DNA of 64,000 nucleotides from Sphagnum compactum (GCA_965153455.1 OZ234493.1:33160213-33224212); one strand, 5' to 3'. Shown: positions 13,691-26,395, counted from the stretch's first letter. Translations and numbers: made by a program. Notes: a model not told the origin generated them from the letters alone.

Positions 13691-14654
13691 AAAAAATTCA
13701 GGGCCTGCAAAATGGGGCTTTATAGTTTTGTATATTTTGCTGAAATTACTCATTCTTGGGCTTCTGCCTGAATAATGCAAGCAAAGGCGGGCTGCATACA
13801 TTCTCTGCATCTACGCCTGTATCTTTAACACTCAACTCATGGCCCCCCAGTTTCTTGCCAGGATCAGATAACCATCAATGCAGGATTGCATCGGGTTTTT
13901 CTTTGCTCTTTAGAATATTTAGCTTCTTTGAGTTTTCTGTTGAGAAAACAGTGTACTGATCGTTTTTGCTCACAGGGTTTGCTTGCCTTTTCATTGTCAT
14001 GCCCATGTCCTCTGCAGAGGGTGGTATATCCTCCACCAGAGGTGTATGCAGAGGTTGCTGCCCACCATATTTATACAGTAGACAAAGGCTTTTCGAGTTT
14101 GGATTTCAGTGGTTGAAGAAGTGGGTCTGGTTCTTTCTTCCACTGAGAGATAGACTGTTTGTTTGACATTGAAAGAGCTTTCTGTACAAAGAGTTGGACT
14201 GTGGTTTTGTCTAGGATTTTGCAGCTGTGACATTCATTCTCCTTCTGATTCGAAGGCGGACATACTGCAAGATATTCTGGAGCAGATGGGTGTGTCCCAA
14301 AAACATGCATCTGAGGTTTAGGGTTTAGGAAGCTTTTGCCCCTGGAACGACTTTTACTTCAGCATGCTGCGGTCATGTGCTGGTTGCTCTGATTTGATTG
14401 AGCTTGTTTTGTCATATTTCCTTCCTTCTGTCATCTTCTTCTCTGGCTGCAGATCACTCCTCTTTGGCTCCCTAACTGAAGAATCTCACCTTCCTTCTTC
14501 TTTTCCTTCAAGGATCATTGCCACAAGCTGTTAACGATGTCATTCTTGCGGTGTACATGGGATGATCAAACTTGCAAACAAATGCATTCTGAGACTCTCT
14601 GCATGTAACCATGATCGCTGCAAGTACGATATCCTTGAGAGCTTCTAGTAAGCA

Positions 14655-14945
14655 CTCCACAAGAGCGAGAGAGAGATCCTTGAAAGGTTCTCCTGGCATG
14701 CGAGTGCGAGCATTCCTGTGTAAACAACCATGAGCACTGCAAGAACGAGAGATCCTTGAAAGCTTCTTCTGGCAAGCATCCACAAGAACAAGAGATCCTT
14801 GAAAAGTTCTTCTGGCATGCATCCACAAGAGCGAGAGATCCTTCAAAACTTCTGGCAAGCATCCACAAGAGCGAGAGATCTTTCAAACTTCTGATAAGCA
14901 AGCACAAGAACGAGAGATACTTGAGTTGCTGTGGCAAGCAAGCAC
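14655..14945. repeat. Degenerate tandem repeat, ~39-42 bp unit (cacaagagcgagagatccttgaaa..ttctggcaagcatc), about 6 copies
   Basis: The core caaga(g/a)cgagagat(c/a)ctt recurs at about 14660, 14741, 14783, 14825, 14864 and 14904. Confidence 0.8.
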
Positions 14946-15376
14946 TCCAGACAGATTGCACATCTTCCAGACTCGGAAAGTCTTGAAAACGTGGGACCCG
15001 TGAAGACCGCAGAGCGATTGCAAAAGTTTGCCGATCGACGAAGATCTGCGCGCAATCGCGTGATGCCACAGGGGGGATGCAGCAGCCGCCGGTGGACGAT
15101 CCGTTAGAAGCAGCAGGGGATGGACAGGAAGATCGGGACGAAGAGGGAGATCGAGACGACGGCACCGGCGCCGACGACGAGGCGGAAGAAAAGCGATCTG
15201 CCTTCGAAGCACACCCTAGGGACTCGAATCCCGCAATTGTGCGATGCGCAATCTGTTTGCACCTACGCAGCCATCATGATGGATTGCAACCACAAGAACG
15301 AGATTTTAAAAGGAGAATTGTAGCGAGAGAAGGAGTCGTAGTCGGCGGCGTGCCTGTGCAGCAATCACGCAGGTAC

Positions 15377-16162
15377 ATGGCGGAGGTTGTCGCGGAGGAT
15401 GCGAAGAAGCTGGCACAAGGGAGGCAGCTGCAGCGTAATACAAGCGCAGTAGTGGCGGGAAAAAAGTCTTTGGCGTCTTTTGCTGCTGGAGGTGGAGCGG
15501 CGATGGTGAGTACCACGCTGTTGCAGCCGTTGGACGTGATCAAGACGCACATGCAAGCGGCGGAGTCGGTGCAGAGCAGGAAATTCGGTGCGGTGCTCAA
15601 GAACATTCTGGCGGAAGATGGAGTGCGTGGTCTTTGGCGCGGCACGGGACCCGCATGTGTGCGTGTGGGATTCGGAGCCGGGCTCTACTTTGCTGTTCTC
15701 GGTCCTATGCTGGATATGCTCAAGAAGACTTTTGGTGGAAGCTCGAGCAGCGTTGTCGCCGGAGGAGGAGAAGGAGCAGCAGGAGGAGCGTTGCGCGATA
15801 AGCTTCCTGCGTTTGTCACCTTGAGCGCGGGCGCTTTGACGAGAGCGCTTGCATCTTCTGTGGTTTGCCCGATCACTGTCATCAAGACGCGCATGGAGGT
15901 GTGGATTCTCTGTCTCTGTCTCTCCTCTCCTTTCTGCTCTTGTTTGCTTTGGAGAATCTTTGCTGGAGTCTGTTTGTTTGTTTCTTTGCTCCTTTGCTCC
16001 CTCCCTCACTTGGGAGTGGATCTGGTACCTCAGGAGTAGGTTGTGACAAAGCGGGGTGCAGTATGCCGCAGCTTCAGGCCTGCATTATCCCAGCACTTTT
16101 CATGCCATTGCCATCATCACCAGGAAGGAAGGTCTCCGTGGTGAGCTGCTTTGCTTCGCGTG

Positions 16163-16229
<67 letters not shown>

Positions 16230-18060
16230 CGCTTTTCTTTCTTTTGTTGCCAAAATTTGTTGTCAGCCATTTGGCACATGAGCTCTTCTTCCCTTGTGCA
16301 ATTGGGAAGGTTCAATCACAACAACAACAAAAACAAAAACAACAACATTTGCTGGTTTCATGCTTTATGCATTTTGCAGGTCTCTACAGTGGGTTGATGC
16401 CAACATTAGCACGGGACGCTCCATATTCTGGTCTCTATCTGTTCATGTACAACCGTTTGCAGCATTCTCTTGGTGGTAAGTGCATTCTATACCTGTGAAA
16501 CTGCAGAGACGTATGTATGTGTGGATTTCTGTACAACCATTTGCAGGTGTCTTCTCTCAGTGTTTTATGCATTGGTATACCTGCAAAACCCCCACAGAGA
16601 TGTACCTATGCATGGATTTTCTGAACCAACATCTGTGTGCAAGATGAACAAAGAACAGTAATTTGCTGCCCTATTCTCTTTTGAGGTGCATCAGTGTTGT
16701 TATCTGCTAACTTGCAGTTGTAATTTTTGCCCTTGTTTGTCTTCCAGAGAGCATGCCTGCAGGGAGCCCACAAGCCTCCATCAGTTTTTTGGCAGGTAAG
16801 TACAAAGTTTTTTTGCAGGAACAACAGGTGCTCTGCTCCTGCAGAGAAATGTTGTCAGGTTCTGCCTGCAAAATTAGGTAGCTGTGGGCTTGGAAGCTTG
16901 CAGAAAGTAGACAGTTTCAAAAATGATTTTGAGTTCTTCAAGCTCCAACTTGCCATACTATGCATATAGAAGAATTATGAAGGGGTGTGCCAATGTGCAG
17001 GTGCAATGGCTGGAGGAGGAGCTACACTTCTCACTCATCCTCCAGATGTGGTAAGCTGTTGTATTGCTGTAGCTCCTTTTCTCTCATTTCCATTTGGTTG
17101 TCTCTTTTGTAATACGCTACTACGAACTGTGTTTCAAGACAGTCAAGAATCAGCTGTTGTGGAGTTTGTAAATTCAGTTGCTATCTTGAGTGTGTCTCAA
17201 TTGATGAGTTCCGATCCTGCAGATTCGAACAAGGTTGCAGCTGGAGCAAGGACAACATTCTAGCATTTGGTCAACAGTCCAACACATTGTCAAGGTTTGT
17301 GTGGCCTGAGTTCACAGTTCTGCATGTTTTGGTGGTCAGTCTAGAAGTCTTGAAAGGATGCAATTTACAGTTCTGCTCAAGAATTAGAATCATGTGAACT
17401 AGAAGGTTTTGTCAGAAATCACCACATGTGAGATGTTTCAAAACACTCTTGACTTGTGTTTGGGATTGACTTCAGACTTTCCACACATGGGCTTGTTACC
17501 ATAAGTCCTATTTTCATGATTGTTGGGTGGGTTTAAAGATGTTTAGCTAGTTTACTATGAAGTGATTTTAAAGTCCCATTTCTCATCATAAGATAACAAT
17601 CAGTGATCAACTCTTTTATTTGGTGGTCCTTGAAGCCATGAACATCACTGGAGTCTTTGGAATCTTGAGCTACAAGTTTGCATGCTGGCTCTCCAATGCT
17701 TGAATGGTACCCTGTGCATTGTCATGTGTGACTCTTTAGGTCCACGGCATGAAGGGGCTCTTTGTCGGTGTAATGCCAAGAGTTGGAAGACGAGCTTTGC
17801 AGCAAGCTTTTGCATGGTGAACACTCACCTCAGTGAGCTTTTCCTTTGGCTCACGTTTCCTTTTACATGACAAATTGGATGGGAGCTTTTCACAGTAGTA
17901 ACCTTTTCATAAGAGGTTACCCCTCTCAGTTGTATCTTCTGCTTCTTATACTTTCTTCCTGCTAGAGCCATGTGTTTTCCATGTCTCACGTTGAGGTTTC
18001 TGTGGATTTTGATACAGGACTATCTATGAGGAGATTGCACGCTTGGTTCAAAGGTTGTGA
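15377..18060 (+). CDS. SLC25A38: Mitochondrial carrier family protein, SLC25A38/Hem25-like (glycine-carrier type); 8 exons
   Basis: Exons 15377-15898, 16062-16140, 16380-16475, 16748-16795, 17001-17050, 17223-17294, 17740-17816, 18018-18060 splice in frame. Three carrier signatures: QPLDVIKT, CPITVIKTRME, HPPDVIRTRLQ. Subfamily-like segments: RGLWRGTGPACVRVGFGAGLYF, GLYSGLMPTLARDAPYSGLY, PRVGRRALQQAFAWTIYEE. The frame is also open from an ATG at 15077. Confidence 0.88.
16164..16226. repeat. (CT)n microsatellite in intron 2 of the carrier gene
   Basis: About 30 uninterrupted CT units. Confidence 0.97.
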
Positions 18061-20406
18061 ACCATAGTAGGATACTACTACTAGCACGTCAGAGACCAAA
18101 GGTCAATACAGAATCAGTCACCAATGTAACTCCCCTGGAACATTTAGATCTGAGTACATGAGTATGTTTAAATTTTTTTCCCGATCAACAACTGGCAAGC
18201 TTCAAAAAAAGATGTATAGCTGACATATAATTTCACATTTCTTGTGGTTTCCATCAAGGAAGCTTGACTGTGCTTGTAGCAGCAACCTGTGCATGCCCAT
18301 GTGTTGGGCAGAATCTGATATGCTCAAATGGAAACCTTTATTATGCCTCCATATTGTATTGGCCACAAGGGGTCCAACCCACAGAAGTTGGTGGCAGAAC
18401 AACTGTTTTTTTATGTCATGCAGGTTCCATTGAAAGAGTTCAAAGCTTCTATTGGGTTTGTAATGTGAAGAATTGGGCACATTTGGGCTGACAACTGAGG
18501 TTCGCAATCTGTCAAGTTGAATTTGACCAAGCAGGCAACAAAAACTTTGATTCCAAGGAAATGATTGGCATTTCAATTTTGTATGTGAAACTCCAGGTAA
18601 AACATGTAAGACTGCCTGCTGCTCCCCACCCAGGTTTTGTACATTATCAGCGTGACAAAAGTACAAATGAAAGGTGTATCTGGGATCTACAGACCATTAT
18701 TGTTCTGTGATTGCAAAGTATACTATTAGAGATGCAGACAGAGAAATCCACAACAGGTGTGAAGAAAAGTCAGGCTTGACAAAGGCCAGCTGGTTTCATT
18801 ACTGGTATGCAGGCTCAGTTTGAAAGTGTTACTGCCATGCCTTGTAGCAAGAAAACTATTTAAACTGAGCCTGCATGGGAGAATCAGTTCTAGTCAGAGG
18901 CAGGATCCAAGGATGTGGTCTCTTGTTGTAGAAATGTCTAAAAAGCATATGAGGCAGGTGTCTCTCCATCTCACTGAATTCTACCTTTTGTCTGCCTCTG
19001 GTTGCCATTCTTGGTTGCTGTGTTTTAAGCTCTGCAGGCTAGTTTTGTGGCCGGAAGTCTATGGTTTCTCCATTCTCGGTGTGAAAAGTTGTACACAACT
19101 ACGCTTGTTTTGGAAATTGGAGCTAGTTCTTGAAAATAGAATTTGAGTTTGGAGAGGACACTGCTGTATGGATGTGAAAATAGGAGGCAGGATCGTATAT
19201 CAGTTGATGAGCAGTTGAAGAAGCTGCTAGACTGACTACAAATAAGTGTAATTCTTCTCATGTTGCAATGCTGGAGAAGGATATTCACGGTGGAGGGTTG
19301 ATTCTGCTCATTCAGCCATTGAGGAGATGCTGTGTGGTGTCACTACAGAGATTTAGAGATGTCACTATGGAGGGATAATCAAAAGAAACTAGCAGAGAGC
19401 CCAGAGATGGAGTTCTGAGCTGCAACAAGTCAAAAGGATTTGGGGGTGAAGGTTTCAGCATTCTCAACATACAAGCACTGTTGGTGGGAGACTCTGGTAG
19501 CTGTTGTGGGTACTATGACAGCGGTTTGGTACAGGATTTTGGCATTCGTCTATCCACAAAAACTGAAAGGACGGTGAGTATTTGCTGTGTCTTTCTCCAT
19601 TGTTTCCTGTTTCTCTTCCCCCATTCCGTGGACCTCATAAGTACAAACAAAACAAATGAACTACCTTGCTTCATACATAGATTAGCCTATGTCAGGTCTA
19701 CAACAATTTTGTAAATAGATAACAAAAGGGCTTCATGGAAATAAGAGTTTTCAAGACTAAAACATATTTTGTGAAGATGAAGGTTTTGGATTGAGATTTT
19801 GGATTTTGACACTTTTAAAGTAACAACTTGAAAATTTGGTATAAGACTTAAAACTATTTTTTTAGCACAAATGTTTTGTTTGATAATCCATGTGTGAATG
19901 AAAAATGGATAATTTATGAAGAGATTTGAACTTGAACAAGTTTAAAGTTTAGTTCCTTCAAGTATGCGTTAAGTGAGTGTTGAAGTAAACCCCAAGGGTG
20001 GGGGGTTTAGGGTTTAGGGTTATTCCATTCATGAAATAAATGGGCTAGGCAATGTGAAGTTAGAACCTAGCCCCTTATTTCAAAGAATGCCTCCGTCTTC
20101 TTGTGGGCATAAACCCAACCCCAAAAAAACATAACAAGTGCACAAAAAATGCTTTGAAATTGCTAATATTACAACCCTTACCAAAACCTTGATTTCTAGT
20201 TTTGCTAATTGAAAAAAAACTATATCCACATTCTAACCATTTGCACCATTGACTTCCAAATTTCAACATGCAAGAATGAAAAAACAAACATATTCATACC
20301 TATGGTTTTTATTCACAAAATGAACCATGATATATTGGTAACAAACACCAAAATAATCTACCAATGTGGGTAGAATATCACTTAAAGCATTTGTAAACGT
20401 AATATT

Positions 20407-20525
20407 CGGCCAATATGAATATATATGCTAAAGGCCTTGTTTACACTATGGTGTGGAATGGTGACCGGCCAATATGAATATATGCTAAAGGCCATGTTTA
20501 CACTATGGTGTGGAAATCGTGACCA
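20407..20525. repeat. Tandem duplication, ~59 bp x2
   Basis: cggccaatatgaatat(at)atgctaaaggcc(t/a)tgtttacactatggtgtggaa..gtgacc occurs at 20407 and 20466. Confidence 0.9.
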
Positions 20526-21113
20526 CGAAAACGTTGAGAGCCCTCAAAACCCATCCAAAGGCTGTCCCATGGAAATTCAATAATCACTTGTGTGTGAGTG
20601 TAATAGGTGCTAGTTCTAAACTAGCTCCAAAATTAATAATAGCCTCCTTATTTGGCATTTTTTTTAATTAAAAAAAAAATCCTTTGTGTAAGTTGAAATT
20701 CAAAAGTTTTGGCAATTTTTGCAAAATTTGAGAAAAATCATCAATAGAGAAATGGGGGAAAAATAGCTGCGAAGTTCCAAAAGGGGACAAAGTGAAAAAG
20801 AAAAAAGAAAAAAAGGTTTTTGAACAAATAAAAGAAAAAGGGTCAAAGCTATTAACTAGTTTAGCTTCCTCACAAAATTAGTAGTCCTTTCCTTGTGAGG
20901 CCATTTTGATTATTAAAATGTGTTGTAATGGGTATTGGGTAAAGGATGAAAAAAAAAAGGACACTAATACCCATTAAAAACACATTATCATAATATTTTG
21001 ACCAATTACCCCCCCCCCCCCCCCAAGAAATGGCTTTGGAGGGAAAATTAGTTCAGTAACCAAGTTATTTGTGTATTTCCACACAATCTTCGCAGTCGCA
21101 ACTTTGCTGCTCG

Positions 21114-21114
21114 C

Positions 21115-21161
<47 letters not shown>
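21114..21161. repeat. (CT)n microsatellite just upstream of the MAP1 start codon (likely 5' UTR)
   Basis: CT run ending about 37 bp before ATG 21198. Confidence 0.9.
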
Positions 21162-21164
<3 letters not shown>

Positions 21165-21197
21165 TAGTCTGAGCTTAGAATTTTTTTTCTTCCAGAG

Positions 21198-24183
21198 ATG
21201 GCATGTCGAGCAGCACTAGTAGCATGGAAGTCGAGTTCCAGAGTGCGGCATCGGTGGCCTTCTTCCGCTGCACCCGTGTGTCGAGTTTACGCTCTCGCCG
21301 CCTATGTTTCTCCTGCAGTGGGTAAGGCTTTCTCTTCTCTTCTTCTTTTTTTTTTCTTTTTCCTTTTGCCAATTATTTGGGGTTGTTTCTGTCACGTCCA
21401 TGTGTGGACGGGAAGAAAACTACGTAAATAGTATAAGATTTTGGACAGGCTCTTCATCTGTAGAAGCTGAGCACTCATGGCTCACTCTTCCTAGGCTTTA
21501 GCATATAGGGTTAGGTTTCAGGGTAGGATTGCTTATCGGTAATGTGGATCTTGACCTTGTGCACATTGTTGTTATGGCAGGTGAGAGATGGTCTCAACCT
21601 CAGTTCGTGCCAAATAAGAGGTGGTGGGGATCTGCAGAGATTTGTACTAGCACAAGGTGCCTTGAATTGTGTTCAATTGCTCATTTTCCTGTCTTTTTTT
21701 TTTCTTTTTTTTTCTTTTTTAATAATTTTATTTATGGCCTCAGAGAATTGGTAGGATGCTGCATGTAGAGCTCGAGATTTAATAGTTGACAAAGTGCAGA
21801 GTGGAGCAGCAGGATCATCGGGAGAGTATAGCTCCCTTGAAACGGCATTCACTGCTAGAGCCTGGTCAGGTGTCACCACGACTTGAGGTTCCACTTCACA
21901 TTCCTCGGCCGCCCTATGTTGGTTCTATTAAGCCACCTCCGTATGCTGAGCAGGTCCAAATCCAAGATCTGGCAGGCATTGCTGGCATGCGTGCTGCTGG
22001 AGAGCTTGCTGCTCGTGTGCTGAAGTTTGCAGGCACCCTTGTCAAGGTTGATACCTTTCCATCACTGTCTGTTTATCATAATGCAATACTGTTACTGAAA
22101 AGCATCAACAGAGTTTCAAACCCTAAACCCTGAGCTCTCAGCTGTGTGATTTCAAAAGACTGCTGTGTCTTGAGGTGAAGAGAGCATGAAGGATTGCATG
22201 ACAAAGTGGTTCTTTATGACAGCCAGGAGTGACAACTGATGAAATAGACAAGGCAGTGCACCAAACAATTATTGATGCTGGAGCATATCCGTCACCTCTT
22301 GGCTATGGCAGCTTTCCCAAAAGTGTGGCCACTTCTGTGAATGAGTGCATCTGCCATGGCATTCCTGACTCTCGTCCCCTTCAGGTACTCTCTTTGTTCA
22401 TGCAATGTGCACTCTGTAGTTCTCAACTTCCTAACTACACCTAGCTAGGAGTCTTTCCATCTTTTTAGCCCTCCATTTTAGTTGCAGTGCATGATCAATC
22501 ATTTTGCAATGGTGACACAAGAGTTGATGCTATTGACAAAATTTTATTTGGGGCACACTTTTGCAGGATGGAGACATAATCAATGTTGATGTTACTGTTT
22601 ACTTAAATGTGAGATTTTGATACCTGCATGCATCACTGGTTTTTTGCATCTTTTGGATCTGAATTTGGTTCATCTTGAAAGTTGGAATCACTCAGTTTTG
22701 AGATTATTGTGCTTAAGCTGTGGCTAGTTTCAGCCTCTTTACAATCTGAACAGCTGGAGGTATTTATTTTGTGCTGTAAACTGCAGGGATATCATGGTGA
22801 CACATCTGAGACATTCATCTGTGGCACGGTTGACTCTGATGTAAAGCAGTTTGTTGAGGTTGGTTCTTAATCACAGATGCTGTTCTGATGATCCTGTTTT
22901 CAATTGAGCCTTGGATGATCAACCTTCACAAACTGTACTGTTATCAAATAAGCATGAATAGAGAAAGGTTGTTCTGCTATTTTCAGTAATAATTTCCAGA
23001 GACTTCCAGATTCTTGGAAGCTTCACGAATAATATTGTTACTTGCAATGTTGGTTGCATTTTTTCATTTGGACAAGATTTTTTTTTTCTGCCTCAAGTGC
23101 ATTTCTCTTGGTAAGGATCGTGGCTAGTGTCCATAATGCTGCTCAGTTTTTCCTGTGTTTTTTGATTTGGGGTCTCCTCTATTTCCAGTTTGCTGATGTA
23201 TTGGTGGATCTGAAATCTCTTAACCTTGTTGTGGGATCACCTCTCTGTTGTATTGAGGTTGAATCATTAATATGAAGAAGTTCTCATGAAGAAGTTTTCT
23301 TGGTAATGGAGATCAGGTCACACGGGATTGCTTGAACACAGCCATTGCCATTTGTGGCCCTGGTGTTTACTTCCGCAAGATTGGCAACATCATCAAGTAA
23401 GCCCACATCTATATAGTTACGAGTCCAGTTGTGAAATCTTGTTTCTCATTGGCACACTGGCTCTTTCTTGCTTTGTGCCTGTAGTCTGATGAACATGCCT
23501 CATGGTTGCAGTGACTACCAGATGCATACTAGGTTATGAGCATCTTATTGCTTTGGTCTCGGTTTACAGATCATTGTGACATAAATAGGGTTGGGTGGGT
23601 GCATAATCAGTGATATAGCCGACATACACAATTACAATGTGGTGGAGCAATTTGTAGGCCATGGTGTCGGATCTATATTCCATTCAGCTCCTTCCATATT
23701 ACATTACCGTGAGAGATCTCTTCTTCCCTCTCTGTGTCTTTGAATTATTTAAGCCCTTTGGAATCTTACTTACTGAAGGGTTATTATGCCCTGCCTGCAG
23801 ATGTTCTTGAGTTATGTTCTTTCTCCACTTGTTCTTTCTCAGTGTGTCCAAATGTTGATGTTGACTCACACAGGGAACTACAAACCTGGACGCATGGTTG
23901 TTGGGCAAACTTTTACAATTGGTATGTTCTCAAAGTGGATTGTTTCTACCTCGAAGCACCTTGTCATGTCTCAAGACACTGAGGGCAGATATTGACATTT
24001 TTGTGATTATGTGCAGAGCCAATGCTAACTATGGGAAGCATTCAGCCTGTAAGGTGGGATGATCAATGGACAGTTGTGACAAAAGATGGCAGCTTGTCTG
24101 CCCAATTTGAGCACACAGTGCTCATTACCAAGAATGGAGCAGAGGTTCTCACTCAGAGTATAAGCATTGAGGGAGAAGAGTGA
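21198..24183 (+). CDS. MAP1D: Methionine aminopeptidase type I, organellar (MAP1B/C/D-like); 10 exons
   Basis: Exons 21198-21321, 21581-21620, 21800-22046, 22223-22384, 22567-22608, 22787-22858, 23317-23396, 23611-23708, 23874-23921, 24017-24183 are in frame. Motifs: [70 protein letters not shown]. The N-terminus looks like a targeting peptide with no zinc finger. The exact paralogue is uncertain. Confidence 0.93.
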
Positions 24184-24858
24184 CATAGTTAGTTAGAAAC
24201 TCGATTGCAGGCAACTTTTGATTTAGACATTTTTGTAGATTTTACAGTAGTTAAGAAGGAGATTTTCTCAAGCTCAATTGGAGCTGCAAGAAGTGAGATT
24301 TGTCTTTTTAGGTCAGGCAACTAGTTTTGCAGTGTGTAATCAAAATTATGGTATATCAAAAAGTTAGTACTACAGGTTCGAAATGACATACATTCAGCAC
24401 ACAACTAATGCAATTATAACAATTACTGAACTTTGTAATATAAGTTTAGGATTCTGATTCTTCAAACATCATAAGTTATTTACACCAGCGTTTACAATCG
24501 TCTGTGATCATGTGAACTAATTTGACATGGATATTTGATGATTTCTGCTGTTATTAGTTACTATTGGTCTAAATAACATCACCCTCCTTGTAACAGTTTT
24601 CTTTCTCCAGAACAGAAGTTGCTTCTGTGGTCAGATTGCTGCAGTTGCCATTCAAATGCATTAGGAATTTTTGATTTGTAGAAATTTCTGCTATGGACTC
24701 ATCTGAATTGAGTGGAGAAGTTCCCAATGTGGGAATCAATTTCACACTCCAGAATAAACATTACACTTGACAAATCTCCTCCACTGATGAGTTGGGTGTG
24801 TGATCAAAATCCATGCCAAAGTAGTGCATGCAACTTGTAATAATCGCTCGATTTTCTT

Positions 24859-25403
24859 TTATCCCATTTTGATGCCTTTGTTTTGCAATTGCAAATTTTG
24901 CCACAAGTAGCGTCCACTCAGCATGTCAACCAACAGCTGAAATCCTGACACGAATCTTGAGTAAGCCTACACAAGTGGCACAAGAAAATTCAGATGAGAG
25001 ACAGAACCATGGCTCTGTTGTAGACCTTCATCTTATATCAACTTACTTCATAGGCTTTGGGAAGAGTAAAAACACATACAAGTTTGACCATGACAACCAC
25101 AGCATGGTTCCACTTCATACAGAAAAAAGATAGAAAAACACCCTCACAACAGTAAACAGGTACTGTAAGAATGCCTACTCCAAATAATACAGAGCTTCTC
25201 TTCCCTTCAGTTTGTCTCTGGCTTAAATTGTTTCTCTAAGATCAAAGACAAAATTTTGCAGGGAAGGTTTATCAATGGTTCTCCCACAAGGACTAGCACC
25301 GATGCAATGGTGGAAAGTGGAATGCCAGTTTAGAAGCTGCAAATATTGAGTCAAGTTTGGCATGTTTTTCTCATCCTGTTGTGAATGGCATCTTTCAGCT
25401 CCC

Positions 25404-25442
<39 letters not shown>

Positions 25443-26395
25443 CAGGACTTAGAGATGGGGTTTTGATTCTGTGCTGGAAAAATTGTGAACTTACAAACTC
25501 CAAAGGCATGAAAATCTCTAGGTAGAGCTTTCATGCCCTAACAAGCAGTGTTCTTTCTTCCATGGGAGACCGAGAGATATGGTTAAGACGCTGCTGCTGT
25601 GAAATACATCACAAACCAGGGATTTCACAAACAAGAGTCTCAAACTACTACCTCACACTGAGCAATCCATCAATCAATCATTCCTGAAAACTGCAGTGCT
25701 GAGACCCAACTTTCAATCAATAAGCTAGAAGAGCAATGTCTCTATCTCAGGAGAACAGTGCACACAGAAATGTGCGGAAAGCTGTTTCCAAGAGTTTCCT
25801 CAACCAAGCTTAATAACCCTCACTCTACCATGGACTCACTACGTCCAAAGGAAAGTTTTCCACATGATTTGAGGAATGATCTCCACATTCCTGAAAGGAT
25901 TTCCACGTGATTTCAGGAACGATTTCCACATTCCTGAAAGAATTTCCACATTTCAGGAATGCTTCCCACATGGCAACAGGAAGGATTTCATTTTTGACAT
26001 AGGGTTTCATACGATTCTGTGCCGTTTCCTGACACATTGAAATCTACATTCACGATGCTTTGATCTATCAACTTCTATGAAGAACGTGACAAGCAGCCGC
26101 AAGCCTCCTGCAAGTGAAGAAAATGTGCTAAAAAGAATACAGAGTTCTGAAAAGAAGTTAAACATGACACTGACAAAAAGAGGTTAAGTACTGAGAGAGT
26201 GTGATGCTACATTATTATCACCTTATGACAAACATTCCCTTGCTCCTCCTTCGCAGACGCGTCCGGTTGCCGATCTTCATTCTTCATGTCCAGGAAGCCA
26301 TTGCTACTGCCCTCCTCGTCCCGAAACGTCTTGAGAGCAAAATAGCCGGCTAAAAGTGCCGATAAAAACAGAAGAATCACACGCAACGGACACAT
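24859..26395 (-). CDS. Small (93 aa) conserved plant membrane protein of the 'MCPLR...VDMxSGRYLW' type, function unknown; 2 exons (26395-26222, 24966-24859)
   Basis: Exon 1 MCPLRVILLFLSALLAGYFALKTF... ends AAG|gtgata. Exon 2 follows tgtag| and reads AYSRFVSGFQLLVDMLSGRYLWQNLQLQNKGIKMG*. Both ends match a small plant family I recognise from memory, often labelled 'methyltransferase-related'. Confidence 0.85.
25411..25438. repeat. (CT)n microsatellite, intronic
   Basis: Pure CT run. Confidence 0.95.
25856..25972. repeat. Degenerate minisatellite, ~21 bp unit (ttccaca...gaa), about 6 copies, intronic
   Basis: (t/c)tccac recurs at about 25858, 25881, 25901, 25924, 25944 and 25964. Confidence 0.8.

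Noticed and set aside
14948..15259. 17-bp inverted repeat (14948-14964 vs 15243-15259), giving CAICL on both strands and suggesting a RING finger
   Set aside because: The match is short with 2 mismatches, and the remaining RING Cys/His ligands are absent in both frames.
15274..16498. Several overlapping ORFs with SLSLSL or RERERE runs, and antisense ORFs over carrier exon 1
   Set aside because: These are artefacts of the (CT)n microsatellite and of GC-rich coding sequence on the opposite strand.
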